Below are positions 1 to 11,731 of a stretch of DNA of 64,000 nucleotides, one piece after another. A program made the translations under genes and the position numbers. The first letter of the stretch is position 1. Every line of letters begins with the position of its first letter. A model generated the notes under the pieces. That model saw only the letters and a list, made by a program, of their open reading frames with translations, did no database searches and was not told the origin of the DNA. Origin of the DNA: Fistulifera solaris (Eukaryota); the NCBI GenBank assembly GCA_030295235.1, contig AP026126.1:992001-1056000 (forward strand). The letters run 5' to 3'.

Positions 1-153
1 CCGTTTCATTGTTTATACCAATCTACGGTAAGGGTGGCACAATAAATGCGCAACGTAAGATTGCAGCTATTCGAACCCTTGCACATGAGGCAAAAAAGTT
101 TTAGAAAAAGATCAACAGCAAAGACAACCCTTTCTTACTCGCAAACATTGTTT

Positions 154-1163
154 TTATATCGTAAACTTTAATCGCCCCTCTCTTCGGCCCTTTATTGGTA
201 GTCGGATGCAATAGAGTCCACCAGCGTGGGGTTCTTTCTTAGCATCTCTCCCCTCCGCAGCACTTGTGATGAAAAGGACGTCCATATCTTTGCCTCCAAA
301 GCAGCAGCAAGTCACTTGCGATGTACCATCTGGCATGTGTACCGTGAACACAACTTGGCCACTTTGGGGATCGATGCGATGTACCATGCCTGGACCAGCA
401 CCGGCTCGCCATACCGCATTCCAGACGTAGCCTTCGCTATCCACGCAACTTCCATCCGGGACGCTATGCTCGTCGATATTCTTCGTGTGCACAAGTGTCT
501 TGTTGGATAGATCGCCAGATGTCGAATTGTAGTCAAACGAGTAAATTTGACGTGTCGGTGAGTCCGCAAAGTAGAGCTTGGAAGAGTCTGTACTCCAGCA
601 AAGACTGTTGGCTGTAGAGACATTCTCAATAATGGGTCGATGGACTAGCGTTCCATCCGAGCTTTGCTCACACTGAAATACCTTCATCTTGATGTTAGAA
701 TCTCCCCGTTGTGCCCACCTGAAAGGAATCGGTTACCCTGGGGTTCTACGCGCCCATCATTTAATCGACTACCACCCTTCATAGGATTGACATCCTCACC
801 CACGCTTTCGCTACCAAGAGGCTTCTGTAATTCCACATCGTAGAGTTGAAAACCATCCTCCCAGGCAAACAAAAGAGGAAGTGATTCGCTTTCGATTTGG
901 AGCAAGCCGAACGACCCTAATTGCTTCGGCAAATCATAAATCGTGTGAATAACTCTCGTATCATCCGTCAAATCCAGTTTGTGAAACCTTTTATGATTGA
1001 TATCCGACCAGAGAACGCAGTTCTTTCGGTCATCATAAATGATACCTTCGCCAAGATCGCAGCGACAATCGAGCAAAAGACGTGCCACCACAAAATCGCA
1101 GCGCTCCAGATCGACGGGAGTAATTTCCAAAAGACTCGATAAATTCATTCTCTCTGTTGTCAT
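154..1163 (-). CDS. SMP-30/gluconolactonase/regucalcin family protein (one frameshift near 705)
   Basis: ORFs 684..1163 and 154..687 carry consecutive family motifs LGEG, RLNDG, LYFADS, PDGSCVDSEG and FGGKDMDVLFITSA. They join with one extra base near the G4 run at 704-707. Confidence 0.9.
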
Positions 1164-1264
1164 GGTGAGATTAATAGTAACATTAGATCAAATGAAATAA
1201 TGACAATAGCTTGCAATAGTATTACAACAAAGAGGCGGTAGGAGATGTCAAAGAAATGCGTGAT

Positions 1265-1552
1265 TTTACTATAGCTTCAACGTGAAGGCGCCCTTTCTCC
1301 ACGACTGCATCTCAGTCATGAAACAAGATTCTCCCGAACGCCAATGCTACACAACCACCGCTCGTTCTGCTTGCCTTGTAAGCGAGAATTGTCGTGATCA
1401 TGATGCGGTTATCATCAAGACCTTTTTTATTGTAAAGCTTTTACTCTTCACTTCTCGAAAAGCCTTCGGATCGTGACAATCGGTATTTACTATGTACCCA
1501 GTGTGTCCTCTATTTTCCCATGACTGCATCTAAGCCATGAATCGTTCTCCCG
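1265..1552. repeat. Dispersed repeat, two diverged tandem copies (1265-1337 and 1486-1552), related copy at 38331-38402
   Basis: Shared TTTACTAT...CCAYGACTGCATCT.AG.CATGAA...TTCTCCCGA; copy starts are 221 bp apart. Confidence 0.75.
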
Positions 1553-1613
1553 ATTATTATTCTGCGTTGGGGAGGAGGAGCGCACTGTGTGACCTTGTAC
1601 CTGGTAACCTACT

Positions 1614-1854
1614 GCCCAGATTTTCTGTGCAGGTCGTCGTCTTGTCGCCTGCCCAAATAAATTTTCTGTGCAAGTAAAGACACCGCATAGCCAGATTTTC
1701 TGTGTTCCGTTTTTTTAGACACCACTCGCCCAGGTTTCTGGGCACGTGAAGGATCACCCCCCCCCCCAGATTTTCTGGGCAGTTGAAAACATCAAATTCC
1801 CAGATTTTCTGTGTACCGGTACTTAAATACACCTCTAGTTTAGATTTTCTGGGG
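1614..1854. repeat. Degenerate tandem array of 7 palindromic CCCAGATTTTCTG(G/T)G cores, 34-41 bp period
   Basis: Core (T/G)TTTCTG starts at about 1621, 1662, 1697, 1734, 1771, 1805 and 1845. Confidence 0.85.
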
Positions 1855-2073
1855 ACGATCCACCAAAAGGTCATGAACTTTTTAATTTCAGTTCATGAAA
1901 TGAAATTAACGGTGTAAATCAATCTCGTCTACACTGTCAACGAATTAAAGCAAAAGCGCTAGTTAAAGATTTTTCGATCAATATTTGTGACGATACCTTT
2001 TCTTCAGTGGTTCCGAGGTGTTTTTCAACAAAAGGATTGCTCGTCTGTGGCTTTGCAAGATTTTAGACAATGA

Positions 2074-3708
2074 ATGGTTGATGAAATGGCTCACAAACGG
2101 AAGCTCTTTGTGTTGTTTTCATTTTCGAATCTCGTCGTTTCATCTGCCTTCGTCATTGACAGCCACCGCCACCACTATTTTAGCCGGATCAACCTTCTTC
2201 CAAGAGAGAATATCGATCCCTTTCGTCCACTGGAAGTGCCAATCATGGTACCGAAAGAGATCGACGCACTTCTTCCAAAGAAGAATTCTTTGCGACTGCA
2301 AAAGGAAGACACAGAGCAGAGTCTGGAAGCGAATCAGCAGTCAACTGGTCGGAAGATTCTTGATCTCGCGATTCCAGCAGGTGCCGCTCTTCTCATTGAC
2401 CCATTAATGACCTTGGCCGACACTGCCTTCGTCGGTCGCTTTGCTGACTCACCGGTAGAGCTCGCTGGCATGGGATCAGCAGTGCCCATTTTGACGTTTT
2501 CGTTCTATCTATTCAACTTCTTATGCACTGCCACTACCCCATTGGTAGCTTCGAGGAGAGCGGCCGGCAAGCCGAAAGACGCTGCAGCAGTGGGAGCGCA
2601 GGCGTTGACTTTGTCACTGGTTCTTGGTGCTACACTGACCATCACCTTACTGTCCTTGAAACAAACATTACTTATAGTAATGGGAACAGGTATTACTGGA
2701 GAACTTGCCAACAAGTACGCGCTTGCGTTTCTGTCAGTACGCGCTCTTGCCGCTCCAGCAGTGTTGTGCATCGAAGCTTCCACAGGCGTTCTAAGGGGAT
2801 ATCTCGATACAAGGACACCCATCGTGATTCTCATTGTTGCCAACTTGTTAAATTTGGCGCTCGATATAGTCTTGATTGCATTCGCTGGATTGGGACCCAT
2901 GGGAGCCGCAATCGCTACCACGACAGCTGAATGGGTAAGCGCTCTATTATTTCTGGGTGTGCTTTCAGGTACAATACCTTCGGCCTCTTCTTCTGTTGAG
3001 GCCGTTGAAATACGACCTTCTTTATCAATCCCAACATGGCAAGAGGTTCGTCCCTTAATTGTTGCCTCGGCATCTGTGTTTTTCCGGGCTGTTGTATTGC
3101 AAGTGTCGCTTTCTGGCGCGGCTGCAATGGCAGCTCGAAGTGTATCGGATGAAGCTGCGGTTGCAGTTGCTGCCCATCAAATAGGTATACAACTGTGGAT
3201 TTTGTGCAGTTTCTTCTGCGACTCGCTTGCTGCTGCGAGTCAGGGTTTGGTCGCGGACGCTTTGGGCAGAAAAGACCCCGATGGTGTACGGGAGGTATCG
3301 AAAACGGTATTCGCTTATAGTCTATGTTTAGGTCTCTTTCTAGGACTACTCCTTCAAGCAGGAGAAGCAACAGGTTTGCTATTTGAAATATTCACCGATG
3401 ACAATTCGATCCAAGGCGCACTCCATAAAATTCTTCCATTGATCGTTATTGCCCAACCACTGAATGCAATGGTATTTGCCGCCGATGGCGTCCTACAGGG
3501 TGCATCAGAGTTTACATTCCAGGCAAAAGCAATGGCATTATCGGGTTTGACCGCTTTATCTACCTTTGCGTGGCTGGAGATGGGCAATGCGGATGTTGCG
3601 ACCTTGGTCCATGTGTGGACTGCACTAATAGCTCTCCAGTCTATGCGTGGTCTCACGAGTTTATGGAAAGTTGCTCAAAAGGATGGCCCTATCAATATCT
3701 TTGGATAA
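2074..3708 (+). CDS. MATE (DinF-like) efflux transporter, probably plastid-targeted
   Basis: ILDLAIPA..DPLMTLADTAFVGR, GVLRGYLDTRTP, GAAIAT, AAHQI and QPLNAMVFAADGVLQG motifs. N-terminal signal peptide ends in SSA-F. Confidence 0.92.
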   Translation: MVDEMAHKRKLFVLFSFSNLVVSSAFVIDSHRHHYFSRINLLPRENIDPFRPLEVPIMVPKEIDALLPKKNSLRLQKEDTEQSLEANQQSTGRKILDLAIPAGAALLIDPLMTLADTAFVGRFADSPVELAGMGSAVPILTFSFYLFNFLCTATTPLVASRRAAGKPKDAAAVGAQALTLSLVLGATLTITLLSLKQTLLIVMGTGITGELANKYALAFLSVRALAAPAVLCIEASTGVLRGYLDTRTPIVILIVANLLNLALDIVLIAFAGLGPMGAAIATTTAEWVSALLFLGVLSGTIPSASSSVEAVEIRPSLSIPTWQEVRPLIVASASVFFRAVVLQVSLSGAAAMAARSVSDEAAVAVAAHQIGIQLWILCSFFCDSLAAASQGLVADALGRKDPDGVREVSKTVFAYSLCLGLFLGLLLQAGEATGLLFEIFTDDNSIQGALHKILPLIVIAQPLNAMVFAADGVLQGASEFTFQAKAMALSGLTALSTFAWLEMGNADVATLVHVWTALIALQSMRGLTSLWKVAQKDGPINIFG

Positions 3709-4053
3709 GAAAACCGATACTACTCTTTTCTCTTCAATCTTATTTTTTATGTAAGCGGGAAACAAGCGCAGTCTGGTTCCCGCAAGGTCTTTTCGCGTTT
3801 GCTTGTTATTTTAGATAAGGACTACACACTTATTCAGATATCTTAGCTCTAATCGCGATTTCATCACGAGAGAGCGCCCATGAGCGCTTCACGATGAAAA
3901 GAGACAACAAATAGACAGTGCGGAAGAAGATTTCAGAGCGTAACTTGACTCAAAAGGGCTTGAAACTTCAGACCTATTTCTTGTTTCAGATGCAATGCGG
4001 ACTGCTCGATCTCGAGAATGTTTCCATGTTTCATACTCAATTCGGCTGATAAA

Positions 4054-5116
4054 TCAAGGATTTTTTTCTTCAAAAGTCTTCCAACGGTCCTCAAACTGCA
4101 GATTGTTACTCATGATTGACTGAAAAAGTTCTTCGAATGATGGTTCTGCTGAATCACTCGTATTTTCTTCGACCGCAACACCATCCGTTGACCCATCACC
4201 CATTGTTTTATTCAGCAATTCACCGGGTTCTTCTTTTGAGCTACCTGTAGGATTGAGTGTGCTGAAATGATTGCTTTGCAGGTCCGAGGTCGTGGTGCTA
4301 TCCAGTTTACGTGGTAGAGCAGTTAATTTAGCTGAGCCCTCCTCGATTACGTCACTGTGCGGAATGTTTCTTGTCAAGGACATAGTTCCTGGGCTCTCGC
4401 CGTTACTGAAAGTTTCTATTCCTCCTAAAGTCACACGGCGCGGGTTCACATGCGCAGCGTCAGATTTCCCCACGAATGAAATTTGTAGTTCTTCATTCGC
4501 GCCAGCGACTCCGTTGCTTGCATTAGCCAGTGTGTACGGCTCGGACACGGACTCGGGTCTCTTCGTCGAAGGCGCAGGAGTGATCACTGACGGAAAATCA
4601 ACATGGTTATCACGAATCGAAAGATCTGTATGATCTTGCCGGCTGAACATTGAAGGAATTGTTCCTCCCGCCGTTTGTTGAGGGAAGGCGATCTCGGTCG
4701 GTGTAGCACTACTGTCATCGTTTTTAGCGGGTGGAGGGCTCTTCAACGCACGTGGAGCACCTAAAAAGAGACTATTTTGGAAATTTCCCTTTTTCTCAAT
4801 AGGCTTTGGGACAGGAAAAGCATCGTTTTGCTGCTTTATGACAACAAGTTTGTAAGACGAATGCAATATCATCACCAGTTCAAGCGCTCGCGGGCCTTAC
4901 AATTTCACCGCCGAAAGACATTTCATCTAGCCCAGAATCAAACCCAAACCCACTACCAAAGTCAGAAGATCCCCAGGCAACATTTTCACCATCGGAGTGG
5001 GTTGATACAGGCTGCCCGGTCATTGGATCGGATTTGCCACCGACACCAGATATCCCTCCAGCGGTTTCTTTCGGCTCCGGTTTACGGGCGAAGCGCGAGA
5101 AGCCTCCTGTCTTCAT
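4054..5116 (-). CDS. Hypothetical low-complexity Ser/Thr/Gly-rich protein, 2 exons
   Basis: ATG at 5116 (MKTGGFSRF). A GTAAG...AG intron at 4900..4834 joins GEI to QQND in frame. Confidence 0.6.
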
Positions 5117-5508
5117 TGTTCCTTGACAAGTAGAATTGTGTTTATTATCTCTGAAGCTCACTAAAAGTATTGTTTACGCTTCGCAATGTTCGCACCTTGA
5201 AATCAATTGTGATCCACGAGGACAAAAAATTTCTTGGAAATGCGAAAAAGTCGAGCGACGAAAAAGATCCATCCGGAAATAATAATAGAGGTCTAAGTCA
5301 TGGATTGCCTACTGTATAATTCAGTGTGACAAAACTTCCAAAAGAATACACCCTTTACCAAACAAGCGAAGACGAAATAGTACGTAGTTCACAACAAAAC
5401 ACCCGTTTTCATTCAACAAATACAGAGTAATACCGTTTCTGGAAACTGAGTGCCGAGACTTCACCGCTTACCACCAACTTAGGACTTAGGACGCGGCAAT
5501 GCAAAAGC

Positions 5509-7881
5509 TTATCGTCGCCCTACTCCTTTTCGCCGCTTCCCGCTGCTGCTTTTTGAGATCTTTCTAACCGCCTTATTTCCAGTGTACTTAGCGGTCGATT
5601 CCCACATGTCAAATGGCATCAAAGGTGGCCGGACTGATATTCCGATGCTCTTGGGAACACAAATTTTCACTTTTGCAGGTCCAGCTCCTGTTACGGCCAC
5701 CCAGCCAAGACCTGTTATGGTGATGTCTGCAGCCGCTTCCTTCCATCCGGATCCTTCAATCTCCACAACATGTTCTTCGAAATCGCCAATTTGTTCCATT
5801 CTTTCTATCCCGGGAGCAAGAGGCGGGGTAAGAATCCCACCTGCGTGCTTCTTTACAAAATCACTTGCTTTATCGACACTTGTTGGGTGAAGTTTGATGT
5901 CATTAGAAACAAAGAAAGTAAAAAGGAATGGCTTGCAATCATCCATGAGCTCGATGCGTGCCAGGCCTCCTATTAGTACACACTTTCCTGGTTCAATACG
6001 AAACGTTATTGGCTCTACCCGTCTAATATCGAATTTCGTTAGCAAGAAAAAACCCAGTCAACTTTGAGGCCCCAAAAATACTTACTTAGACGGAACAACC
6101 ATTTTCAGCTCGTCCGCTGTTAACAGTTGAGTGAACGTTCCTGGCACAAGTAACCCCGGTGTATCATAAAGAAAGCGCCCATCCCCCAAATCGACTTTGA
6201 TAAAGCGCAGAGTCGTCCCTGGAAGAGGGCTGGTTGTGACTTGCCCTCTTCGCGCGTTAGCATTTCCCGCGCGTCTCTTTCGTGGTTCCTCATCGTGGCT
6301 TCTATATCCACCAAGAATGCGATTTATAAGGGTACTTTTACCGGCATTGGCTGAGCCGATCACGTAGATATCGCAGCCAAGCTCTTCAGCAAGCTGTCGC
6401 GCCTTGTCGAGCATTTTATCAACTCCTACCCCAGTTTTGCAACTCACCAGTCTCACGGAGCCACCAATGTTTGCTAATGATTTCACACCCAAATACTCCA
6501 ACTCTCGACGAACCCAATTTTCAGCCCGAAGTGTTCCCATTTTCAATGGAAGAAGATCCGCTTTATTTGCAGCCAGGATGACGGGGTTATCTCCAGCTAT
6601 CATATCAAGCTCCGGCAGCACAGACCCGCTAAAGTCGAAGAGATCCACAAGGGCAACAATAACTGCCGTCTTTTCTCTCAGCGGACGCAGTAACTCGAGA
6701 AATTTCTCCTGGGAAATCATTGGCTCCTTTGTCCAACCCGGTCGTAACGTTTCCTCTACTTTCCCAAAATTTTGAAGCCCGTGACAACGCTTACAAATAA
6801 CCTTTTTTCTGAGACCTTCGAAAAGTCTAGGTCCATCTCCTCCGCCATGGTATTGATATCAATATAATTATCGGAATGTGGTAAATTCTCTTTTCCACTT
6901 GTTTGAATCAACCATTCAATTTCGTCCTCGGGGGTCCAACTATCAGAATCTGCTTTCTCTTGCAGTCGTTGCATCTCTTCTAACTTGCCCAGTTTGACTT
7001 GTAAGTCGAATTTCTCTGGTGGTAAATAGCCGGGGCGACTTTCGCTTGTGCTCTGAAAATCGACCCCGCAAGCTGAACATGTCATGGCGTTGGTAACCAA
7101 CTTTGACAGGTTTTCTTTCTGCTTGGCTATTTGCCCGTCAGTTGAATATCTTAGCGCCCCAACATCGTCAGCTGACAATTGCTTAGCGTAGTCATCAAGC
7201 TGCTTTGGTACAGAAACTTTTCCGGTCCTCAGTTCCGATGTAGCAGCCGCAATTCGAGCATCCATGCTATCGTCATCTGATGTACCTTGTAGTTGCTCTG
7301 ACCTCTCGAATAGTCGAGAATCAGCATCATCGGTAAAGTCGCTCAAGTCAAACCGACCAAGAACCTCACCGCTTTCCAAGTTTTGAATATCATTTCTACC
7401 GGTGAGAGGGAAGTGTTCATCATATTCAAATGAACCGTCGATATCGTCCACCAAAAAATCTTCATCAGCAAAATCATCTTCAAATGTATCGTCGTCCGCG
7501 AAAAATGCCCCAGATGAGTCAAAACCATCTTTTTTGGCAAATTCATCAAATGCTTGTGCTAGCTTGTCTAAATGGTGCTGCTCGATCTTCTCAACCACTT
7601 TTATTTTCTTTTCTTTTGGGCCGTGACGACTCTGGTTGGCCCGGCCCTTGAGTAGAATCGGCCGATGCCATCCAGAGTGGTCCCTGACTACCTGTGTAGC
7701 GAAAGTGGCGGATTCCAGGTCTCCCCGCATTTTTGAATATAGGCGTGTTCATGACACTCCGTGACGTCCAAGCCGACGCGGACTTACGAAAATAGAAGCT
7801 CATGATTAACGTAAACCAGAGAGACGGGTCAAGTTGGAAGGGTCTCGCGCACAGTTTGCGTGGAAAAACTAAACTGCGCAT
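5509..7881 (-). CDS. Circularly permuted YqeH/NOA1/BPG2-like GTPase, probably plastid (frameshifts near 7630 and 6805; intron 6085..6023)
   Basis: Zn finger CSAC...CKRCH restored by one extra A in the A-run near 6805. G4 NKAD precedes G1 GSANAGKS, then TTSPLPGTT and G3 DTPG; C-terminal IGGLARI and ITGLGW. Presequence contains ASA-W. Confidence 0.88.
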
Positions 7882-9022
7882 CAATCTTAGTTGAGAAGGA
7901 AAATACTGTTTCAAAAAAAGAGCTGTCAAACGATAGACAGTATGAATCTACAACCCAGTCGCTGTTTCTTACAACACGCAGCAAGACATCATGCGAAACA
8001 GATCATTCTTACGATAGATTTTGGATGGACGACGAGGAAGGGACGAGGGATCGACGAGCGACAAGAGCGGCGATAAAACTGTTATCCTTAACCTTACTGT
8101 ACAAGGCAATTGAAGATTGATGTAGGGGCTTAAATAAAATATTACTTAAGTTCCTTAAGATTCGATAAGTAAGAGAATTTTTAAATATTAAGCTTGAAAT
8201 AGATTCTGTTCACTGTCTACTAAGGCAAAGGACAAGTTTCAAGAAAAAGAAAAAGACTTTTCCTCATAGATTTTCCTCGAAAGATTTCTTAGCTCTTTGT
8301 TCCTGGCATTGGGCAAGGCATGACCCAGACATTTGACAACGTACAAACCTTATGGAGGTACCTCGTGTTAAAATTTAAAGTCGAGGAATCATCGAAAAAA
8401 AGCGGATCTGGGATTAAATTTTAAAAAGTTGCGAGCTGGGAGTTGGGAGACGGGAACTTTCGGGCTTCTTTCTCTTTACTACAGTTTTAAACTTTAAATA
8501 ATCTGTCTAATTAAATATAAATAGTACTGCTTTTTGCTGTTAAGACCTTAGCATTAAGATTTATCAATTAAGAAATACATTTCGGATTTGGGCTTTATCA
8601 ATTTGAAATTTGAATCAATCACACAACGTGCAATACAGAACACAAAATCCGAACTTGTTCACTGCTCTCCCTATGATATGTAATATGTACCCACTATACA
8701 GATCAAACTTCTATTTACCAAACTGTCTTGGCCATTGTGCTCGTCATCATTTCCGGGTTTGCCGTACCTCGTTGACACTTCTTATGCGACTGTAATTCCT
8801 CCTGCGCGCCACCATCCTCCTCCAACAAATCCTTTGGCCGACGGCAGTGCGTGAATGGTGCGGAATTCGTAGAAGCAGTACTGAAGGAATCCGTTCAACC
8901 CCGATCGCGCCTTTGCACGTCATGCTTTCAATACCCTGCTCAAACGTAGCACTTTTTTTCAGCCCACACACTTTTCCTTGACCGCAGCTTGAATCAATCA
9001 TCCATCAGCCTCTGTTTGCACA

Positions 9023-10112
9023 ATGATGGAAGCTAGCAAAGCAGTTACTCCTCTCAAATCTGAAGAAGGGATGATCGTTTTCAGTGCTTCAGAGACGGGT
9101 GGAGAGGATTGCAGCGGTTCCGTCGAAGCTGCTGACCACCTCAAGGTTCTCCTGAAGCAAGAAGTGGGCACATATTCTCCTTGCGTCGATTATCTGAATA
9201 TGGTGCGTCAGCTGCCTGGTATTGGCTCGGGTGACTTCGTTAGCGAAGGCTGGAGGAGAAAAGCTCTGTGAATGGAGCTATGAAGTTGTGGATCACTTTG
9301 GTTTCGATCGTGAGGCAGTTAGCATTGCGCTGAACTATCTCGATCGGTACGTGGCGACCAAGGTCCAAGATTCCAACCATGTTATCGGTCAAAAAGACTT
9401 TCAGTTGTTGGCTGTAACATGTCTCTACATGGCCCTCAAGATCCACGGAGAGACGGAGGATCCAAATGGACAGCGTCGCAAGCTTCGCATCGATGCCTTT
9501 GTGGAATTGAGCCGGGGGTTCTTTCGCGTGGAAATTATCGAAGAAATGGAGCGCGATATCTTCACCACTCTTGACTGGAGAGTTAATCCTCCTACCTGTC
9601 TACGATTTGTGTCTTCAATTCTTCACCTGTGCCCCAAGTGGACGATCGGAGGAATTAGTATAGCGCACTCCAATTTTATCGGAAGTATCTTCGACGTGTC
9701 ACGTTACTTGACCGAGCTATCCGTTTGTGTCGCTTCATTCTCTTGCACCTTCAAGACATCTGTGATTGCTTATGCCTCTGTTTTATGCGCAATCGAGGCA
9801 TTGGAATCGACTCGTCCCCTTCCTTACGCTGTCCGCGTAGCATTTCAAAACAACGTCGCGGATGCAACCGGTTTAACACCGATTTGTCCTGACATCCTTC
9901 ACGCCAAAGCTATGGTTAAAGAACTTTGCCCTGACATGTTCAACAAACTTGATGCGTTCGACGATATGCCCGAAGTCCCTCACGAAATTCCTGACTTTGA
10001 AAGTCCCTCCGAGTCCGCGCAACAGAATGGCGGAAAGACTTCTCCAATTTGTGTGATGGATGACGTGAACGAGAGTCGTCGAAAGCGCATCAGATCTTCT
10101 CAAAACAGCTGA
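9023..10112 (+). CDS. Cyclin, diatom-specific type (one extra A near 9260)
   Basis: Cyclin box WRRKLCEWSYEVVDHFGFDREAVSIALNYLDRY..FQLLAVTCLYMALK..MERDIFTTLDWRVNPPT after removing one A from AGAAAAG. Confidence 0.9.
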
Positions 10113-10810
10113 AGCGGCAATACCTTTTTCGAAATTTGCCGCATTGTAAATATACTTCCTCCTCCTTCTTTTCTTACAGCCGTACAATCACAATGATTGT
10201 TCGCAGCTTGTGCTCCGGCATACTTTTTATGACTATCACGAGAGATGCTTAACTTCTTCTAACAATCGTTAATTTTTCTGCACTCTTTTGTCTGACTGGT
10301 GGGTAAAAGCTTTAGATCAACAATCACCCTAGCTACTAGAGGGTCCTTGGGATTTAGCGTGCATTCATTCGTGACGCACAAGGTGGATCAGGAGGCAAGA
10401 ATCGTGGGGAATCTAGTTCCACTTCCAAGTTCGGAGGCGATGTTTCTGCTTCCTCCATAGCCTACCGTAAATCATGGAAAGAGAAATTTATAGTGTCGTG
10501 GCGAGTCTCGGGTGTCGGAAATTAGACATAATGGCAATTTTTTCCTGGGCATACAGACATGTACACCTTCCGTCGAGCTATATCGCTTTTCGTGAGTTTC
10601 ACTTAATCGTTACTTGGGGATTTGGGAAGCTCATGGAAATGCCGAGGATAAGTTGGGAAGGCAGGCAATTCTTCAAATTATAATAAGAACGTATGTTATC
10701 GTAAATAAAGCCACAAACTAGTGGAGAATTGGTAAGAGACCACCCGGTAGTCACACGTCATATCTTGGATTGCTCACCACATCATTACGACCGAATTCTG
10801 TTGGCGGGCG

Positions 10811-11664
10811 ATGATTGAGATCAAGGACCAAATCCAAGCTCTTGGCCGTACCGAACAATCAAAGCAAATCATCCATTTTCCAATTACAAGCTCAATTAAG
10901 ATTCAGAAGTCGTAGAAGAGGCTTGAAGGCGCAAACTTTGTGATTGGTGTTATGATGTCGTAGATACATTTGGTTTGGACAGGGAAATAGTTTGCATCGC
11001 TTTCAACTACTTCGATCGTTTCAATGCAGTCACAAACTTGGTTGATATGACAAGTTTTCAATTGCTGGCTGTCACGTGCCTCTTCATTGCACACAAGCTA
11101 TACGCTAAAAAAGATGACGGAAGTCGCAAGCTGACGATCGATGCTTTCGAGCGTCTCAGTAGAGACATGTTCTCCAAAAAAGACATCGAAAGCAAGGAAA
11201 TTGTCGTTTTACGAACCCTAAACCGGTTCGTGAACCCGCCGACCTCTTTAGCTTTTCTTATCTGCTTTTTTGAATTGATTCCAGATCGAGAATGTGATTG
11301 ACAAGCCGTATTCGAAGTCGCCCGATACCTATGCGAAGTATCCGCATGTGTCGGGTCGATTTTCCTTTCCTACAAAGAGTCTATGATTGCCTACGCATCA
11401 ATGATATGCGATCTAGAGTCGACCTACTTCTCGCTGGTGATGCGTGCATCCTCACTAGAAGACCTCTATCATGCCGTTAAATCCGCCGCAAACATGTCAC
11501 CCTCTGATCCAGAAGTTCTTGACGTTTCTTCATTCTTCAAGACCGCTTGTCCAGAACTATTCAACAGTCAGCGCCTATTTGATAACGCTATCAATGCACC
11601 GTCTGCCTGCCACAAACAATATCGTGGCGGTTCGCCCTCTTCTGTCGTAGAATTTAACCGATAG
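10811..11664 (+). pseudogene. Tandem cyclin paralog, disrupted
   Basis: One frame reads EA*RRKLCDWCYDVVDTFGLDREIV...NPPT...ECD*QAVFEVARYLCEVS, with in-frame TGA at 10924 and 11299. The 5' part from ATG 10811 is out of frame. Confidence 0.8.
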
Positions 11665-11731
11665 ACGATTAGCATCGCGACAGCAAAATAATGCTTTTGA
11701 TAGTTTCCCATAACACCAGCAGCGCCTAAAA

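Noticed and set aside
1614..1854. CRISPR array
   Set aside because: Repeats are only about 15 bp and degenerate, linkers share sequence, there are no cas genes, and the context is eukaryotic.
8120..8720. AT-rich tract as a centromere
   Set aside because: Only about 600 bp, within a divergent promoter. Described diatom centromeres are low-GC regions of kilobase scale.
6790..9270. Programmed ribosomal frameshifting in the GTPase and cyclin genes
   Set aside because: Shifts go in both directions, fall in arbitrary homopolymers and share no slippery motif. Assembly error is the simpler explanation.
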